Positions 51,945 through 63,120 of a stretch of 64,000 nt of DNA are shown one piece after another (position 1 is the first letter of the stretch; every line of letters starts with the position of its first letter). The notes under the pieces were generated by a model. That model did not search any database. It had not been told where the DNA came from and saw only the letters and a list, made by a program, of their open reading frames with translations. This DNA comes from Desulfatiglandales bacterium (GTDB lineage Bacteria > Desulfobacterota > DSM-4660 > Desulfatiglandales > Desulfatiglandaceae). Location of the stretch: positions 2,976,001 to 3,040,000 of the forward strand of contig OY762721.1 of NCBI GenBank assembly GCA_963666345.1, given 5' to 3'. The position numbers were made by a program, and so were the translations under genes.

Positions 51945-54035
51945 ATGTTTGAAACAATCGAAAAGCGAGATGGAAGGGTCGTTGAATTTGACTCTACAAA
52001 GATAACCGTTGCCATTACAAGGGCGGGTGAAGCTACAGGCGAGTTCGGGCACAGAGAGGCGCTTAAAATGACCCTGAAGGTGTTGACCCTGGCGCATGAA
52101 CTGCGACTGGGGCCTTTGCCCAAAGTGGAAGATATCCAGGACATCGTAGAGAGGGTGATCCTGGACAGCCCCTTCTATAGGACGGCAAAGGCATACATAC
52201 TCTACCGGGAACAGCACGCACAGATAAGGAGCATGGTTACGAAGGCAAGCGTTGACCTTGTGGAAAACTATATCCAGAAAATGGACTGGAAGATCAAGGA
52301 AAACAGCAATATGAGTTATTCCCTTCAGGGGCTGAACAACTATATCTCATCCGATGTTACATCGGAATACTGGCTCAGTAAGATTTATCCGCCTGAGATA
52401 AGAGAGGCCCACAAGAGTGGGGATTTTCATATCCACGATCTCAGCCTGCTGTCGGTCTACTGCGTAGGCTGGGACCTGAAGGATCTCCTAAAGCAGGGTT
52501 TCAAGGGAGTGGGAGGCAAGATAGAAAGCGGGCCTCCAAAGCACCTGAGGTCGGCCCTCGGGCAGGTAGTCAATTTTTTCTATACCCTTCAGGGGGAGGC
52601 TGCAGGCGCTCAGGCCATTTCCAACTTCGATACACTGCTTGCCCCTTTTGTTCGTTATGACGGCCTTGAATATGACAGGGTCAAACAGGCCCTCCAGGAA
52701 TTCGTTTTTAACATAAACATACCCACTCGTGTCGGTTTTCAGACCCCTTTCACAAATATAACCCTTGACCTTGAACCACCTTCCACCCTGGCAAACGACA
52801 GGGTTGTTTTCGGCGGACAGGAAAGAGAAGAAAAATATGGTGAATTTCAGGAAGAGATGGATCTGATAAACAGCGCATTCGCAGAGGTGATGATGGCCGG
52901 GGACGCCAAGGGAAGGGTCTTTACCTTTCCCATCCCGACCTACAACATCACATCTGATTTCGAATGGGATAATCCAAGACTTGACATGATCTGGAAAATG
53001 ACCGGGAAATACGGGATCCCGTATTTTTCCAATTTCGTCAACTCGGATATGTCACCTGAGGACGCAAGATCGATGTGCTGTCGCCTGCGCCTGGACAACA
53101 GGGAGCTACTGAAAAGAGGCGGAGGCCTTTTCGGTGCGAATCCTCTGACCGGATCGATAGGGGTCGTGACCATAAATCTTCCCAGGATAGGGTATCTTTC
53201 TGAGAACGAAAAAGACTTCTTCGATCGGCTGGGAAAAATGGTGGTAATGGCAAAGGATAGCCTTTCAATCAAGCGCAAGGTACTTGAAAGATTTACCGAA
53301 AAAAATCTATACCCCTATTCTCATTTCTATCTGAGGGATATAAAGGAGGGTACCGGGCTTTACTGGAAAAATCATTTTTCCACCATAGGTATCCTAGGGA
53401 TGAATGAGGCATGCCTCAATTTTATGGGAAGCGATATCGGCAGTGAGGAGGGAAGAGGCTTCTCCCTCAAGGTAATGGATTTTCTTCGTGAGACGATTTC
53501 CGGAATTCAGGCGGAAACAGGTGATATCTTCAATCTTGAAGCAACTCCCGCCGAGGGGACTTCATATCGCCTCGCAATGCTCGACAAGGAAAATTTTCAT
53601 GACATACTCTGCGCGAATGAAGAGGATTTCAGATCCGGTTCCGCGCCCTTTTATACGAATTCGACCCATCTTCCCGTAAATTACACCGAGGATATCTTTG
53701 AGACTCTGGTGCTTCAAGATGAACTTCAAACGAAATATACCGGAGGAACCGTTCTTCATATATATCTGGGAGAGCAGATAAGCGATATCTCCGTGGTCAA
53801 AGATCTTCTGAAAAAGGTCGTAACCAAATTTCGTCTTCCCTACTTTACGCTTACCCCCACTTTCAGCATTTGCCCTTCCCATGGTTACCAGAACGGTAAA
53901 CAGGAAAGATGCCCGGTATGTAATGAAGAGACGGAGGTCTACTCCAGGGTCGTGGGATATCTCAGGCCGGTAAAGCAATGGAATGACGGAAAACGGGCCG
54001 AATTCGACATGAGAAAGATATTTAAAGTGGCCTGA
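51945..54035 (+). CDS. nrdD: Anaerobic (class III) ribonucleoside-triphosphate reductase
   Basis: ATP cone (KRDGRVVEFD), HIHDL, SMCCRL, EATPAEG, glycyl-radical motif YSRVVGYLRP. Confidence 0.96.
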   Translation: MFETIEKRDGRVVEFDSTKITVAITRAGEATGEFGHREALKMTLKVLTLAHELRLGPLPKVEDIQDIVERVILDSPFYRTAKAYILYREQHAQIRSMVTKASVDLVENYIQKMDWKIKENSNMSYSLQGLNNYISSDVTSEYWLSKIYPPEIREAHKSGDFHIHDLSLLSVYCVGWDLKDLLKQGFKGVGGKIESGPPKHLRSALGQVVNFFYTLQGEAAGAQAISNFDTLLAPFVRYDGLEYDRVKQALQEFVFNINIPTRVGFQTPFTNITLDLEPPSTLANDRVVFGGQEREEKYGEFQEEMDLINSAFAEVMMAGDAKGRVFTFPIPTYNITSDFEWDNPRLDMIWKMTGKYGIPYFSNFVNSDMSPEDARSMCCRLRLDNRELLKRGGGLFGANPLTGSIGVVTINLPRIGYLSENEKDFFDRLGKMVVMAKDSLSIKRKVLERFTEKNLYPYSHFYLRDIKEGTGLYWKNHFSTIGILGMNEACLNFMGSDIGSEEGRGFSLKVMDFLRETISGIQAETGDIFNLEATPAEGTSYRLAMLDKENFHDILCANEEDFRSGSAPFYTNSTHLPVNYTEDIFETLVLQDELQTKYTGGTVLHIYLGEQISDISVVKDLLKKVVTKFRLPYFTLTPTFSICPSHGYQNGKQERCPVCNEETEVYSRVVGYLRPVKQWNDGKRAEFDMRKIFKVA

Positions 54036-54078
54036 TTATGGAAACCAGGCGACCTTCCGACTTATAAGGAACAGGATA

Positions 54079-54777
54079 ATGGTGCTAGGGGGTGTTCAGA
54101 AAAATTCTTTTATAGACTATCCCGGCAGGATAAGCTGCGTCCTGTTTTTCTCAGGCTGCAATTTTGACTGCCCTTATTGTCACAACCCTGAGCTTGTAAG
54201 GGGGACTTCATCATGCCTGAGGTCGCTGGATGAAGATGCAGCGCTTTCATTTTTGAGTAAGCGAAGAGATTTTTTGGACGGGGTGGTAATCTCGGGCGGT
54301 GAACCAACGCTCAATCGGGATCTGAGGCCTTTTTGCGAAAAGATCAAGACGATGGGTTACCGGCTTAAGCTTGACACGAACGGGAGTTGCCCCAAGATGG
54401 TGGACAAACTCCTGGAAGCGGGGCTGGTTGATTATATAGCCATGGATATCAAGACCGATCCGTATAAATATTCCAGGTTTATCTCCAAAACCTGCAGCCC
54501 CGAGAATATTCTTTCAAGTATAAGGATAACAATGGAACGTGCTCCCGCCTATGAATTCAGGACCACCTGTGTTAAGCCGATTGTGGACGAAGAGATAATA
54601 GGCGATATCTCGGAGATCATAAAAGGCGCGATGCTTTATGCCCTTCAGGATGTCAATCAAAAAGAGGTGCTGCACCCCGAGTTTTTCAAAAACGGGGACA
54701 GCGGCTTTGATCACGATGAGCTTATGGTCCTTAAATCCATAGTCGAACCGTGTGTCAAAAAATGCATCGTGAGGTGA
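54079..54777 (+). CDS. nrdG: Class III RNR activating radical SAM protein
   Basis: IDYPG, GCNFDCPYCHN, SGGEPT, YEFRTT. Confidence 0.95.
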   Translation: MVLGGVQKNSFIDYPGRISCVLFFSGCNFDCPYCHNPELVRGTSSCLRSLDEDAALSFLSKRRDFLDGVVISGGEPTLNRDLRPFCEKIKTMGYRLKLDTNGSCPKMVDKLLEAGLVDYIAMDIKTDPYKYSRFISKTCSPENILSSIRITMERAPAYEFRTTCVKPIVDEEIIGDISEIIKGAMLYALQDVNQKEVLHPEFFKNGDSGFDHDELMVLKSIVEPCVKKCIVR

Positions 54778-54828
54778 TGCTTTCCCGGGATTTCCGGTTG
54801 CGGGGACGCCGGCCCATTTTTCTAAAGG

Positions 54829-55077
54829 TCAATTCAGGGAGGTGAGGATGCCTTTGTATTCGAAAAGCGGTTCCATAGTCGGAGGTTCATCCTCCAGGGG
54901 AATATTTATCCTGTCGGACCTTTTTCTGACCCATTCATCGAAGTGCCTCTTAAGGGTAGGATCATGGAAATACCATGTTTCGCCCAGAAATTTAAGTTCT
55001 TCTATTACCCGCCAGTAGATATACATGATACATTTCCTTTTATCGATTATCGCGATTAGGCCAACAGGATCTGTCAT
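54829..55077 (-). CDS. Small hypothetical protein
   Basis: 82-aa ORF in an otherwise empty interval; start uncertain. Confidence 0.4.
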   Translation of the reverse strand: MTDPVGLIAIIDKRKCIMYIYWRVIEELKFLGETWYFHDPTLKRHFDEWVRKRSDRINIPLEDEPPTMEPLFEYKGILTSLN

Positions 55078-55227
55078 ATGGCACTGTTTTTTTTGACTTT
55101 ACAAAATCAAATTCAATCATTTAGATAAACAACATGCCGTCATAAGTCAAGCTCGCTCTTTTATCGGCAGGCCCGAAGGACATCTCTTTCGGGTACGATA
55201 ACCTATATCTTATGAGGAAACATTGAA

Positions 55228-55409
55228 ATGGAAGAAATAACCTACCGGCCGATAGGTATAATCAGGTCGCCCTTTAAGGAGCCGAAGGGGACACCCATCC
55301 AGCCCGGCGCCGCTGAAGGCATTGAAGTAGAAGTCGAAAAAATAGGATGGCTTGAAAAAAGGTCTCCAGGCTTCCTTCTCAAAGAGATGACGGAAGGTTT
55401 ATGAAATAG
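55228..55409 (+). pseudogene. tsaA: Internally deleted TrmO/TsaA (tRNA t6A37 N6-methyltransferase) remnant
   Basis: GAGG RBS; MEEITYRPIGIIRSPFKEPKGTPIQP (typical N-terminus) joined directly to EKIGWLEK; DDGRFMK* lies in a shifted frame; central domain absent. Confidence 0.75.
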
Positions 55410-55413
55410 CCGT

Positions 55414-57789
55414 TTACACTCCCAGCCCCAGAACAAGCCCTGTCTGCCTGATTATGAGAGCGACCAGGTAAGCCGCACAAAGATTAAAGCCTATTGAAAA
55501 TCCTGCCCAGCCCCAGGAGCTTTCTTTTTTGATGCTTATTACGGTAACGAAGCATGGGACATAGAGCATCGTGAAAATCAGCATGGTAAAAGCCGTGAGC
55601 GGATTCCAATCGGAAGAATTCCGTAATCTGTCGGATAAGCTTTTTGTCTCCTCTGCGCCGGTTTCTCCCAGGGAGTAGGCCGTACCGAGGGTGGATACAA
55701 CCACCTCCTTGGCTGCAAATCCCCCTACAAGCGCGATATTCGTCCTGTAATCAAATCCAAGGGGTTTCGTTATGGCTTCAAGCCTTATACCCAGCCATCC
55801 GGCAAAGGTGCCTTTGAGTGTCTCCTGCTGCCTCCGGTATCCCAGTTCCCTGATCTGTTTTCTGTAGGAAAGATAATCGGATGCGGATTTAAGCCTTGTC
55901 GTTTCGATTTTTCCACTCTTGTTATCCTGCGTATCTATCAGATATGCGGCCTGCGCAAGTGAGATAAGGGAACCTTTTGATTCCTGCGGAATTTTGTCCG
56001 GCAGGCCCATGGAGCCTTTAATGGAGTCATAGGTCATGTCAAGTTCCGATAGGTCGTTTTCATCCCGGATAATGTCCGTTATAGAAGGTTTCTGAAGGAA
56101 TTGAGCGGTAATTTGATCCCTCTCATTATCCAGGCGTGATGCCTGGTCTTCGGAAAGGCCGGGGAAGGTCATCATGGCCCAGAGGACGATCGAAAAACCG
56201 AGTATTACGGTGCCCGCCTTTTTTATATATTGCCATGTCCTTTCCCATGTGTGTATCCAGAGTCCTTTAAGCGTCGGAAGGCGATAAGGCGGCAGTTCCA
56301 TGACAAAAGGGGTCTTGGGTCCTTTAAGAATGGTTGAGCGAATGATCTTGGCCGCGAAAAGTGCGAACCCCCATGAAAGCAGGGTAAGCAGAAACAGCAT
56401 TCTGGCCTTGTTTTGTGAAAAAAAGGCCCCGATAAGTACGGCATAGACAGGCAGTTTCGCTCCGCAGTTCATAAAAGGCACTGCCAGAAGGGTTGCTATC
56501 CTTTCTTTTGGGTCTCTCAAGGTCCTTGTAGCCATTACACCTGGTACCGCGCATCCCCCTGAGATGCCTCCGCTTACGATGAGGGCCATGACCGAATTTC
56601 CATGAAGACCGAACCATCGAAGGACACGGTCCAGCATGTAGGCCACCCTTGCCATGTAGCCGGAGTCTTCCATTATGGCGATCGTGAAGAACATGAACAT
56701 AATAAGGGGGACAAACCCAAGGACTCCGCCTACCCCGTCTATGACCCCGGAAACTATGAGAGACTGAAGCATGCCGGGTGGAATTATGCCTGATACAAAA
56801 AAGGCCAGTTGATTAAAAAAGGCCCCGAACCATTCAATGGGGATCTCGCTTGCTGAAAAGGTAAATTCATATACCGCGTAAAGGATTCCCATCATGATAA
56901 GGGGACCGGCAATACGGTTTGTGGCCACCTTATCGATCTTGTCCGATAGATTGAGCCTCGCCTCTATCTTCCTTTTTATGACCCGCTTTGTTATGCCTGT
57001 TATGTAGCCGTAGCGATAATCGGCAATTATTGCTTCCGGATCTTCATCAAGGGTATCCCTGGTGTGTTTTTCGGTCTTATTGCAGATGTCCTCGATTTTG
57101 CTTCCCAAAGCGGGATCTCTGTTTAAGAGGGCGATCATGGGATTATCGCCTTCAAGACATTTAAGTGCCCTCCACCTTGCAGGATATTTTGCGTCAAATA
57201 CCTTTGATTTATTTATGATGTCTTCCATCTCGCCCAGGCTGTGGTCGATATCCATGCCGTAGGAGAGATTAAGGGTGTTCCAGCCGATCTCTTGCTGTGC
57301 GGATTCTATCAAGGTATCCAGGAGATCTACCACACCCTTGCTTGATCTGGCTACCATAGGAACTACAGGGACCCCCAATAGCTCCGAAAGCATCCGGTGA
57401 TCAATAATAATGCCTCTTGACTCAGCCATGTCCACCATATTGAGGGCGACTATCAAAGGAATTCCCAGTTCCTTGAACTGGATCGTCAGGTAAAGATTTC
57501 TGTCGAGATTGGAGGCGTCAACGATATCTACTACCAGGTCGGGCCTTTCATTTATAAGAAAATCCCTGGCAACGATTTCTTCAAGCGAATAGGCGGTTAG
57601 GGAATATGTCCCGGGAAGATCCACTACCTCGATTTCATGGCCCTTGTGAACGACCTTTCCTACTTTTTTCTCGACGGTTACACCCGGATAATTGGCGATC
57701 TGCTGCCTTGCGCCTGTAATTTCATTAAAGACGGTCGTCTTGCCGGAGTTAGGGTTTCCCGCAAGTGCAATGGTCAACTTTTTTGTCAT
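55414..57789 (-). CDS. feoB: Ferrous iron transporter B
   Basis: GNPNSGKT, NYPGVTVE, DLPG, NMVD, CGAKLP, LYVPC. Confidence 0.97.
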   Translation of the reverse strand: MTKKLTIALAGNPNSGKTTVFNEITGARQQIANYPGVTVEKKVGKVVHKGHEIEVVDLPGTYSLTAYSLEEIVARDFLINERPDLVVDIVDASNLDRNLYLTIQFKELGIPLIVALNMVDMAESRGIIIDHRMLSELLGVPVVPMVARSSKGVVDLLDTLIESAQQEIGWNTLNLSYGMDIDHSLGEMEDIINKSKVFDAKYPARWRALKCLEGDNPMIALLNRDPALGSKIEDICNKTEKHTRDTLDEDPEAIIADYRYGYITGITKRVIKRKIEARLNLSDKIDKVATNRIAGPLIMMGILYAVYEFTFSASEIPIEWFGAFFNQLAFFVSGIIPPGMLQSLIVSGVIDGVGGVLGFVPLIMFMFFTIAIMEDSGYMARVAYMLDRVLRWFGLHGNSVMALIVSGGISGGCAVPGVMATRTLRDPKERIATLLAVPFMNCGAKLPVYAVLIGAFFSQNKARMLFLLTLLSWGFALFAAKIIRSTILKGPKTPFVMELPPYRLPTLKGLWIHTWERTWQYIKKAGTVILGFSIVLWAMMTFPGLSEDQASRLDNERDQITAQFLQKPSITDIIRDENDLSELDMTYDSIKGSMGLPDKIPQESKGSLISLAQAAYLIDTQDNKSGKIETTRLKSASDYLSYRKQIRELGYRRQQETLKGTFAGWLGIRLEAITKPLGFDYRTNIALVGGFAAKEVVVSTLGTAYSLGETGAEETKSLSDRLRNSSDWNPLTAFTMLIFTMLYVPCFVTVISIKKESSWGWAGFSIGFNLCAAYLVALIIRQTGLVLGLGV

Positions 57790-57991
57790 ATCTTCCTTCC
57801 TCAGGCCTTAATATTCGCAGTAAATAGATCCGTTTTTTATCAAAAAAGCGGAAATAGATATTAATGTGCCCCAAAGGTCATCTGAGTTATCTTTTCAAAT
57901 TATTCAAGGAGGGCCTGCTCCTCCGGTAACATTATCCGGCAAAGGAAATGATCGAGACCAGGACCTTTATTCCCCTGCAGGCAATGAAAAA

Positions 57992-58237
57992 TCACTCATC
58001 AGTTTCGATCTCCACGTAAATGCCGTCCGCCTCATTGTTTCTCAATGTAAGGACATAGTCCTTAATCTTAACCGCCACAGGGTCCCTCAGGGGGGCGCGG
58101 CCCTGAATCTTTATCGGGGTGTTTGTGACAAGGCCCATTTCCCTGATCCTGCGACCCATTTCACCGTTTGCGTTTACCTTTTTTATGATTCCCTGCTGAT
58201 TATCGGACATCTCTCTCATGGTTATTATTTTTTTCAT
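57992..58237 (-). CDS. feoA: FeoA
   Basis: RRIREMGL, APLRDP, LTLRNNEA. Confidence 0.92.
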   Translation of the reverse strand: MKKIITMREMSDNQQGIIKKVNANGEMGRRIREMGLVTNTPIKIQGRAPLRDPVAVKIKDYVLTLRNNEADGIYVEIETDE

Positions 58238-58366
58238 ATGTGATCATTCCCTTGATTTTTTCTTCAATAATTCTTGCGAAAATTTTTTGAAAATGCCTTG
58301 ACAGGCATTACCTTGACCCCTTATATTAGATACACAAAACAAAGTTAGGGTCAAGAACAAATTGCC

Positions 58367-58936
58367 ATGCTAAAAGATAAAAAAAATAGTATCAGCGAAA
58401 GGCCTATAACCCCTGCAATGGAGGATTATCTTGAGGCAATCTATGATCTTGGAAAAGAGAAAAGGGCCGTACGTGTAAAAGATATAGCCAAAAGGCTTAA
58501 TGTAAAGATGCCTACGGTCACGAATATGCTTAAAAGCCTTGCCAAGAGAGGCCTTATTGAATATGAAAAATATGAGTACCTGGAGCTGAGTGATGAGGGG
58601 GATAAGGTAGGCAGGGAAATACATAGGCGGCACAAGATACTGTGCAGCTTTCTCGCTGATATCCTGAAAATTGATCGTGGGAAGGCTGATGATGAGGCAT
58701 GCAGCATGGAACATGGTATAAGTCATGATACCCTTGACAGGCTGGTATCTTTTATGGAATTTTTACAGTCCTGTCCGAGGGCCGGATTATCATGGCTGGA
58801 TAATTTTGATGAATTCCGCCTCCATGGAACTGACAAGGAAAAGTGTATGGGGCGCATACAGAAGTTCTCGAACGGTCTTAGAGAAAAGATAGGTCGTCTT
58901 GAGGATAGAGGAGCCAAATTCAATGATTTTGAGTAA
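58367..58936 (+). CDS. DtxR/MntR family metal-dependent repressor
   Basis: MEDYLEAIY, RVKDIA, PTVT, RRH, ACSMEH. Confidence 0.93.
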   Translation: MLKDKKNSISERPITPAMEDYLEAIYDLGKEKRAVRVKDIAKRLNVKMPTVTNMLKSLAKRGLIEYEKYEYLELSDEGDKVGREIHRRHKILCSFLADILKIDRGKADDEACSMEHGISHDTLDRLVSFMEFLQSCPRAGLSWLDNFDEFRLHGTDKEKCMGRIQKFSNGLREKIGRLEDRGAKFNDFE

Positions 58937-59138
58937 TGTCCCCTCTGGAAAAGAGGTGACTTTAACTGACATAAATGGAGGAAGGGGGCTTAGGTCAAAG
59001 CTCTACAGTATGGGTCTGATCCCGGGCGTTCGTCTCAGGGTCCTGTGCGGTGATGGAGGAGGGCCTTTAATGATCTGTGTAAGGGATTCGAGGCTTGCCC
59101 TAGGAAGGGGCATGGCACAGAAGATAATAGTTGAGTAA
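58923..59138 (+). CDS. feoA: Second FeoA-family protein
   Basis: KLYSMGLIPG, GPL, SRLALGRGMAQKI. Confidence 0.88.
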   Translation: MILSNVPSGKEVTLTDINGGRGLRSKLYSMGLIPGVRLRVLCGDGGGPLMICVRDSRLALGRGMAQKIIVE

Positions 59139-59164
59139 ATCCCAAGGCTGTTTTATTAACCGGT

Positions 59165-60160
59165 TCATTCAGGTCTCACAAATAGCACCGAGCAATAACC
59201 TACCACCCATTGTCCCCTGCCTGAGGGAAAGTAATCGCCACTGTTTTTGTAGTGCAGTACAAGTCCCCTGCTGCATCCCCGGCGTTTTGAAAAGCGCATT
59301 ACGGCAAGTACGGGACCTATGCCGCAGAAGGATTGCTTTTCAGGGTTCCAGGATTTTCGGATCGAAGGATAATCAAGGCTTTTCACCCTCTCCAGTGTGT
59401 CCCTGTCGGTTGCCGAAACCAGATCATAGTCGGGGGCATGCATCATATCAGAGCTGGCTATGACCAGAATACTTTTGGTATCGGCAAGTTTGTTCAGCGC
59501 TTCAACCAGTTCTTCTATCGTGTCTTCCTCATGGTCCCCCATAATACCCACAACAACCTGCGCGTTAGGTACTGCCGCCTGCACAAAAGGTATCTCGTTT
59601 TCGGCCGAATGCTCACCGATGTGAGGCCTGTAATCAAAAAATATCCTGCCACTCTGGGAGCAGAGAAATTGAGCAGCCTCCTTGTCAAGTTTCAACGGAC
59701 CGAGGGGAGTTTCAATGAAGTCGCCGTCCATGAGGGCTACGCCGGAAAATATCCCCCGGTGCCTGAGACCCAGGATGACAACTGTTTCAGGATCTTTTAG
59801 CGATCTTGCATTGTCCCTTATGGCGCGAAATGCGTATCCCGCGACTTTTCCGGAATATATGTAGCCGGCATGAGGCGAAATGGCTCCGATAATTCTGCCC
59901 TTTACACTTGCGCACTGGGCGTTTTCCATGAAGTCTTCGACCATCTTCTTGAGTCGTTTCCCTTCTGAAGGAAACCACTTGCCTGCTCCGTTCAGATTCC
60001 TTATAAGGGGCGTGTCTTTTCGTTTATCTTCGGCTGTAATGCCTGCTAAGCAGATAGATGCCAAACATGAGACGGAAAGGAATGAAAAAAGCAGAAATAC
60101 CTTGAATTTAACACTCGAAGTTCTTTGTGAACAATGGGCCTTTTTTATAATCACGTACAT
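59165..60160 (-). CDS. amrB: AmmeMemoRadiSam system protein B (MEMO1 family)
   Basis: AGKWFP, SPHAGYIYSG, EHSAENEIPF, ASSDMMH, CG.GP, NSGD, VVGY; hydrophobic N-terminal extension. Confidence 0.9.
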   Translation of the reverse strand: MYVIIKKAHCSQRTSSVKFKVFLLFSFLSVSCLASICLAGITAEDKRKDTPLIRNLNGAGKWFPSEGKRLKKMVEDFMENAQCASVKGRIIGAISPHAGYIYSGKVAGYAFRAIRDNARSLKDPETVVILGLRHRGIFSGVALMDGDFIETPLGPLKLDKEAAQFLCSQSGRIFFDYRPHIGEHSAENEIPFVQAAVPNAQVVVGIMGDHEEDTIEELVEALNKLADTKSILVIASSDMMHAPDYDLVSATDRDTLERVKSLDYPSIRKSWNPEKQSFCGIGPVLAVMRFSKRRGCSRGLVLHYKNSGDYFPSGRGQWVVGYCSVLFVRPE

Positions 60161-60750
60161 ATCTTTTGAGGCCTTTTGGAAGATATCATTTGCGAAAAAT
60201 TGATTCTTTTACTGATACTCGGAATATATCAAAAAAAGGGTTTTTCCACAATTTGTTAAAAAAGAAGGAAATCCCCCCTGAAATAATCTGATCTCGCAGA
60301 TCACACAAAAATATTACGTTTAATAAAAGTTCCCCGGGGTCGTTGGGTTTAGGGAGCCGAATGTCTGTTTTTCAAAATTTTTACTGGCGTTACCCGTCCG
60401 GGCTCCTCTGATTTTTTGATGAAGGAAAATTTGAATCATATGAAAGCAGACTTTGGACGGGTAAGCCTTGAGCATTTCAATCGAAATCCGGAATGGCTTT
60501 TCGTTTGAATAATGTCTTAAACAACAGGCTGTTTTAGAAATTGCCCGGCAATGATATCCTTCGGTAGCCTTTTCCAAATCCGGCAACCGGTTATTTTAAC
60601 TTGACATATAAAGTGCTCAATAATATTTGAAAATGCTGTAACTGTAATTGATGAAGACCTCGTGGATTTTTTCTTGATAAGAGTAAGAAAACTCTTTTGC
60701 CTGATTTTCCAAACTGAATTAAATACGCTTTTTTAACGGGAGGGTAAAAA

Positions 60751-61515
60751 ATGAAGACAAAGCATCTGCTGATATGTCTTGTATCCATGTTCATGATTGT
60801 TGCTATTTCCGCAAGCACGGGTCTTGCTTCATCAACCAAGGAGGCGGTCACCATTACCGTTGCCACTGATGCGACCTGGCCCCCGATGGAGATGGTGGAT
60901 AAAAACAAGGATATTATAGGTTTTGACATAGATTTTCTTACCGCTGTCGCAAAAGAGGGCGGTTTCAACGTGGTTTTCAAGAATGTCGCCTGGGACGGTA
61001 TCTTTGCCGGGGTTGGAGCAGGCAAGTATGATGCGATCATATCCTCTGTAACGATAACGGAGGAGAGAAAAAAGAAAATGGATTTTTCCGATCCCTATAT
61101 CAATGCCGGTCAGATCCTGGTCATCCCCAAATCCGATAAATCAACACAGATCCTTTCCGATCTGAAAGGAAAAAGGGTGGGGGCTCAAATGGGCACAACA
61201 GGTTCCTTTGAGATCAAGAAGGCCGAAGGAGTGGAGTTGAAATCGTATGACGAGATAGGATTCGCCTTCGAGGATATGATGGCCGGGCGCATACAGGGTG
61301 TCGTATGTGACACTCCGGTTGCCGCAAATTACGCCCTGCAGAGGGAAGAGTACAAGGATAAATTCAAAATTGTAGGCAGGCCTTTCACTGAAGAATATTA
61401 CGGCGTTGTAGTAAAAAAGGGGAACGAGAAATTAGTCAAGATGATTAACCGGGGCATACGCGCCGTCAAGGAAAAGGGAATCGATAAGCAGCTGGAAGCG
61501 AAGTGGCTGAGATAA
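60751..61515 (+). CDS. Polar/basic amino acid ABC transporter substrate-binding protein
   Basis: Signal peptide, DATWPPME, GFDID, TITEER, DFSDPY. Confidence 0.94.
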   Translation: MKTKHLLICLVSMFMIVAISASTGLASSTKEAVTITVATDATWPPMEMVDKNKDIIGFDIDFLTAVAKEGGFNVVFKNVAWDGIFAGVGAGKYDAIISSVTITEERKKKMDFSDPYINAGQILVIPKSDKSTQILSDLKGKRVGAQMGTTGSFEIKKAEGVELKSYDEIGFAFEDMMAGRIQGVVCDTPVAANYALQREEYKDKFKIVGRPFTEEYYGVVVKKGNEKLVKMINRGIRAVKEKGIDKQLEAKWLR

Positions 61516-62312
61516 GACAGGCAGAAAAGGGTGGGGGTAAAGACTCGGATGCGGTAATCTCCGTGACCGATGGCGCTGCCGTACCCTCACGATCCGATGC
61601 GGGCCTTTTTACGGCCTGGCGAATAGCGTTTTTCGGTGCTATCGGAATTATCCTCTATCTTATAATCGCCAAACCTGATCCCTACCGGGAGGTACTGGTG
61701 TTCCTTCCGGACGGGATACTGGTTACCTTTGAAGTGACGGTCCTTGCGATTCTGCTTTCCCTGATAATAGGACTTTTCAGCGGTCTGGGCCGGATTTCAA
61801 AAAACAAGATCTTTAACGGTATCGCGTCCCTTTATGTCGAGATAATAAGGGGAATACCGCTGCTGGTTCAGCTCTTTTATATCTACTATGCATTGGGGAG
61901 ACTGGTAAACGTGCCTGCCACCGCCAGCGCGGTCATAGCCATGGCGGTGTGTTACGGGGCGTATATGGGCGAGATCTTCAGGGCTGGCATAGAGTCCATT
62001 TCCAAGGGCCAGATGGAGGCTGCACGCTCTCTCGGCATGACATCGTCGCAGGCCATGCGACATGTGGTTCTTCCTCAGGCGTTTAAGACCATCCTGCCTC
62101 CCATAGGAAATGAGTTCGTGGCCCTGCTCAAGGATTCATCCCTGGTATCCATACTCGCGGTTTCGGATCTGCTTAGAAGGGGGCGTGAATTTGCATCCGA
62201 GACCTTCACATATTTTGAGACCTACACCATGGTGGCGCTTGTTTATCTGATTATCACGCTTTTTCTTTCCAAACTGGTCAGTATAATGGAGGAGCGGATA
62301 AGTGGCGAATAA
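61503..62312 (+). CDS. Amino acid ABC transporter permease
   Basis: [27 protein letters not shown]. Confidence 0.95.
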   Translation: MAEIRQAEKGGGKDSDAVISVTDGAAVPSRSDAGLFTAWRIAFFGAIGIILYLIIAKPDPYREVLVFLPDGILVTFEVTVLAILLSLIIGLFSGLGRISKNKIFNGIASLYVEIIRGIPLLVQLFYIYYALGRLVNVPATASAVIAMAVCYGAYMGEIFRAGIESISKGQMEAARSLGMTSSQAMRHVVLPQAFKTILPPIGNEFVALLKDSSLVSILAVSDLLRRGREFASETFTYFETYTMVALVYLIITLFLSKLVSIMEERISGE

Positions 62313-63048
62313 CGGAAGACAGATAATCGTTAAGATCACCGGAGTGGTGAAGTCTTTCGGTCAGTTAAAGGCGCTGGATGATGTTTCTCTTGATATTTAC
62401 GAATCTGAAAAGGTGGTAATAATCGGGCCGAGCGGTTCGGGCAAGAGCACCCTTTTGAGATCCATCAATCAGCTGGAGACAATAGACTCGGGCAGTATAA
62501 TAGTCGATGATGTGGACGTGAACGCCCCTGAAACAGACATCAATAAGGTGCGGGAAGAAATAGGCATGGTCTTTCAGGCCTTTAATGTGTTTCCCCACAA
62601 GACGGTCTTGGATAATGTGAATCTGGCCCAGCTGGTGGTACGGAAGCGTTCGAAAAAAGAGGCGACAGAGATATCCAGAGAACTCCTGCGTAAGGTGGGT
62701 ATACTTGAAAAATCGGATGAGTACCCCACCAGACTCTCGGGTGGTCAGCAGCAGAGGGTCGCAATAGCAAGGGCACTTGCAATGAAGCCGAAGGTCATGC
62801 TCTTTGACGAGCCCACTTCAGCCCTTGACCCTGAGATGATAGGTGAGGTACTGGATGTAATGAAGAACCTTGCAAGGGAGGGGATAACCATGGTCGTTGT
62901 GACACATGAGATGGGCTTTGCCAGGGAGGTCGCGGATCGTGTTATCTTTATGGATAACGGAGCCATTGTAGAGGAAGGAACGCCGGAGCATTTTTTTAAT
63001 AATCCCACCCAGGAGCGTACCAAGCTCTTTCTGAATCAGATCCTGTGA
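62302..63048 (+). CDS. Amino acid ABC transporter ATP-binding protein (GlnQ type)
   Basis: [35 protein letters not shown]. Confidence 0.96.
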   Translation: MANNGRQIIVKITGVVKSFGQLKALDDVSLDIYESEKVVIIGPSGSGKSTLLRSINQLETIDSGSIIVDDVDVNAPETDINKVREEIGMVFQAFNVFPHKTVLDNVNLAQLVVRKRSKKEATEISRELLRKVGILEKSDEYPTRLSGGQQQRVAIARALAMKPKVMLFDEPTSALDPEMIGEVLDVMKNLAREGITMVVVTHEMGFAREVADRVIFMDNGAIVEEGTPEHFFNNPTQERTKLFLNQIL

Positions 63049-63120
63049 AAAAGAGTCCTTCCGTCTGTTTATGCTCAATCAAAAAATCAATTGACCGGGG
63101 GCTTTGTTCCCGGTGTTAAA

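Noticed and set aside
58320..58360. DtxR-type operator between feoA and the regulator
   Set aside because: TTAG half-sites are present but there is no convincing 19-bp palindrome.
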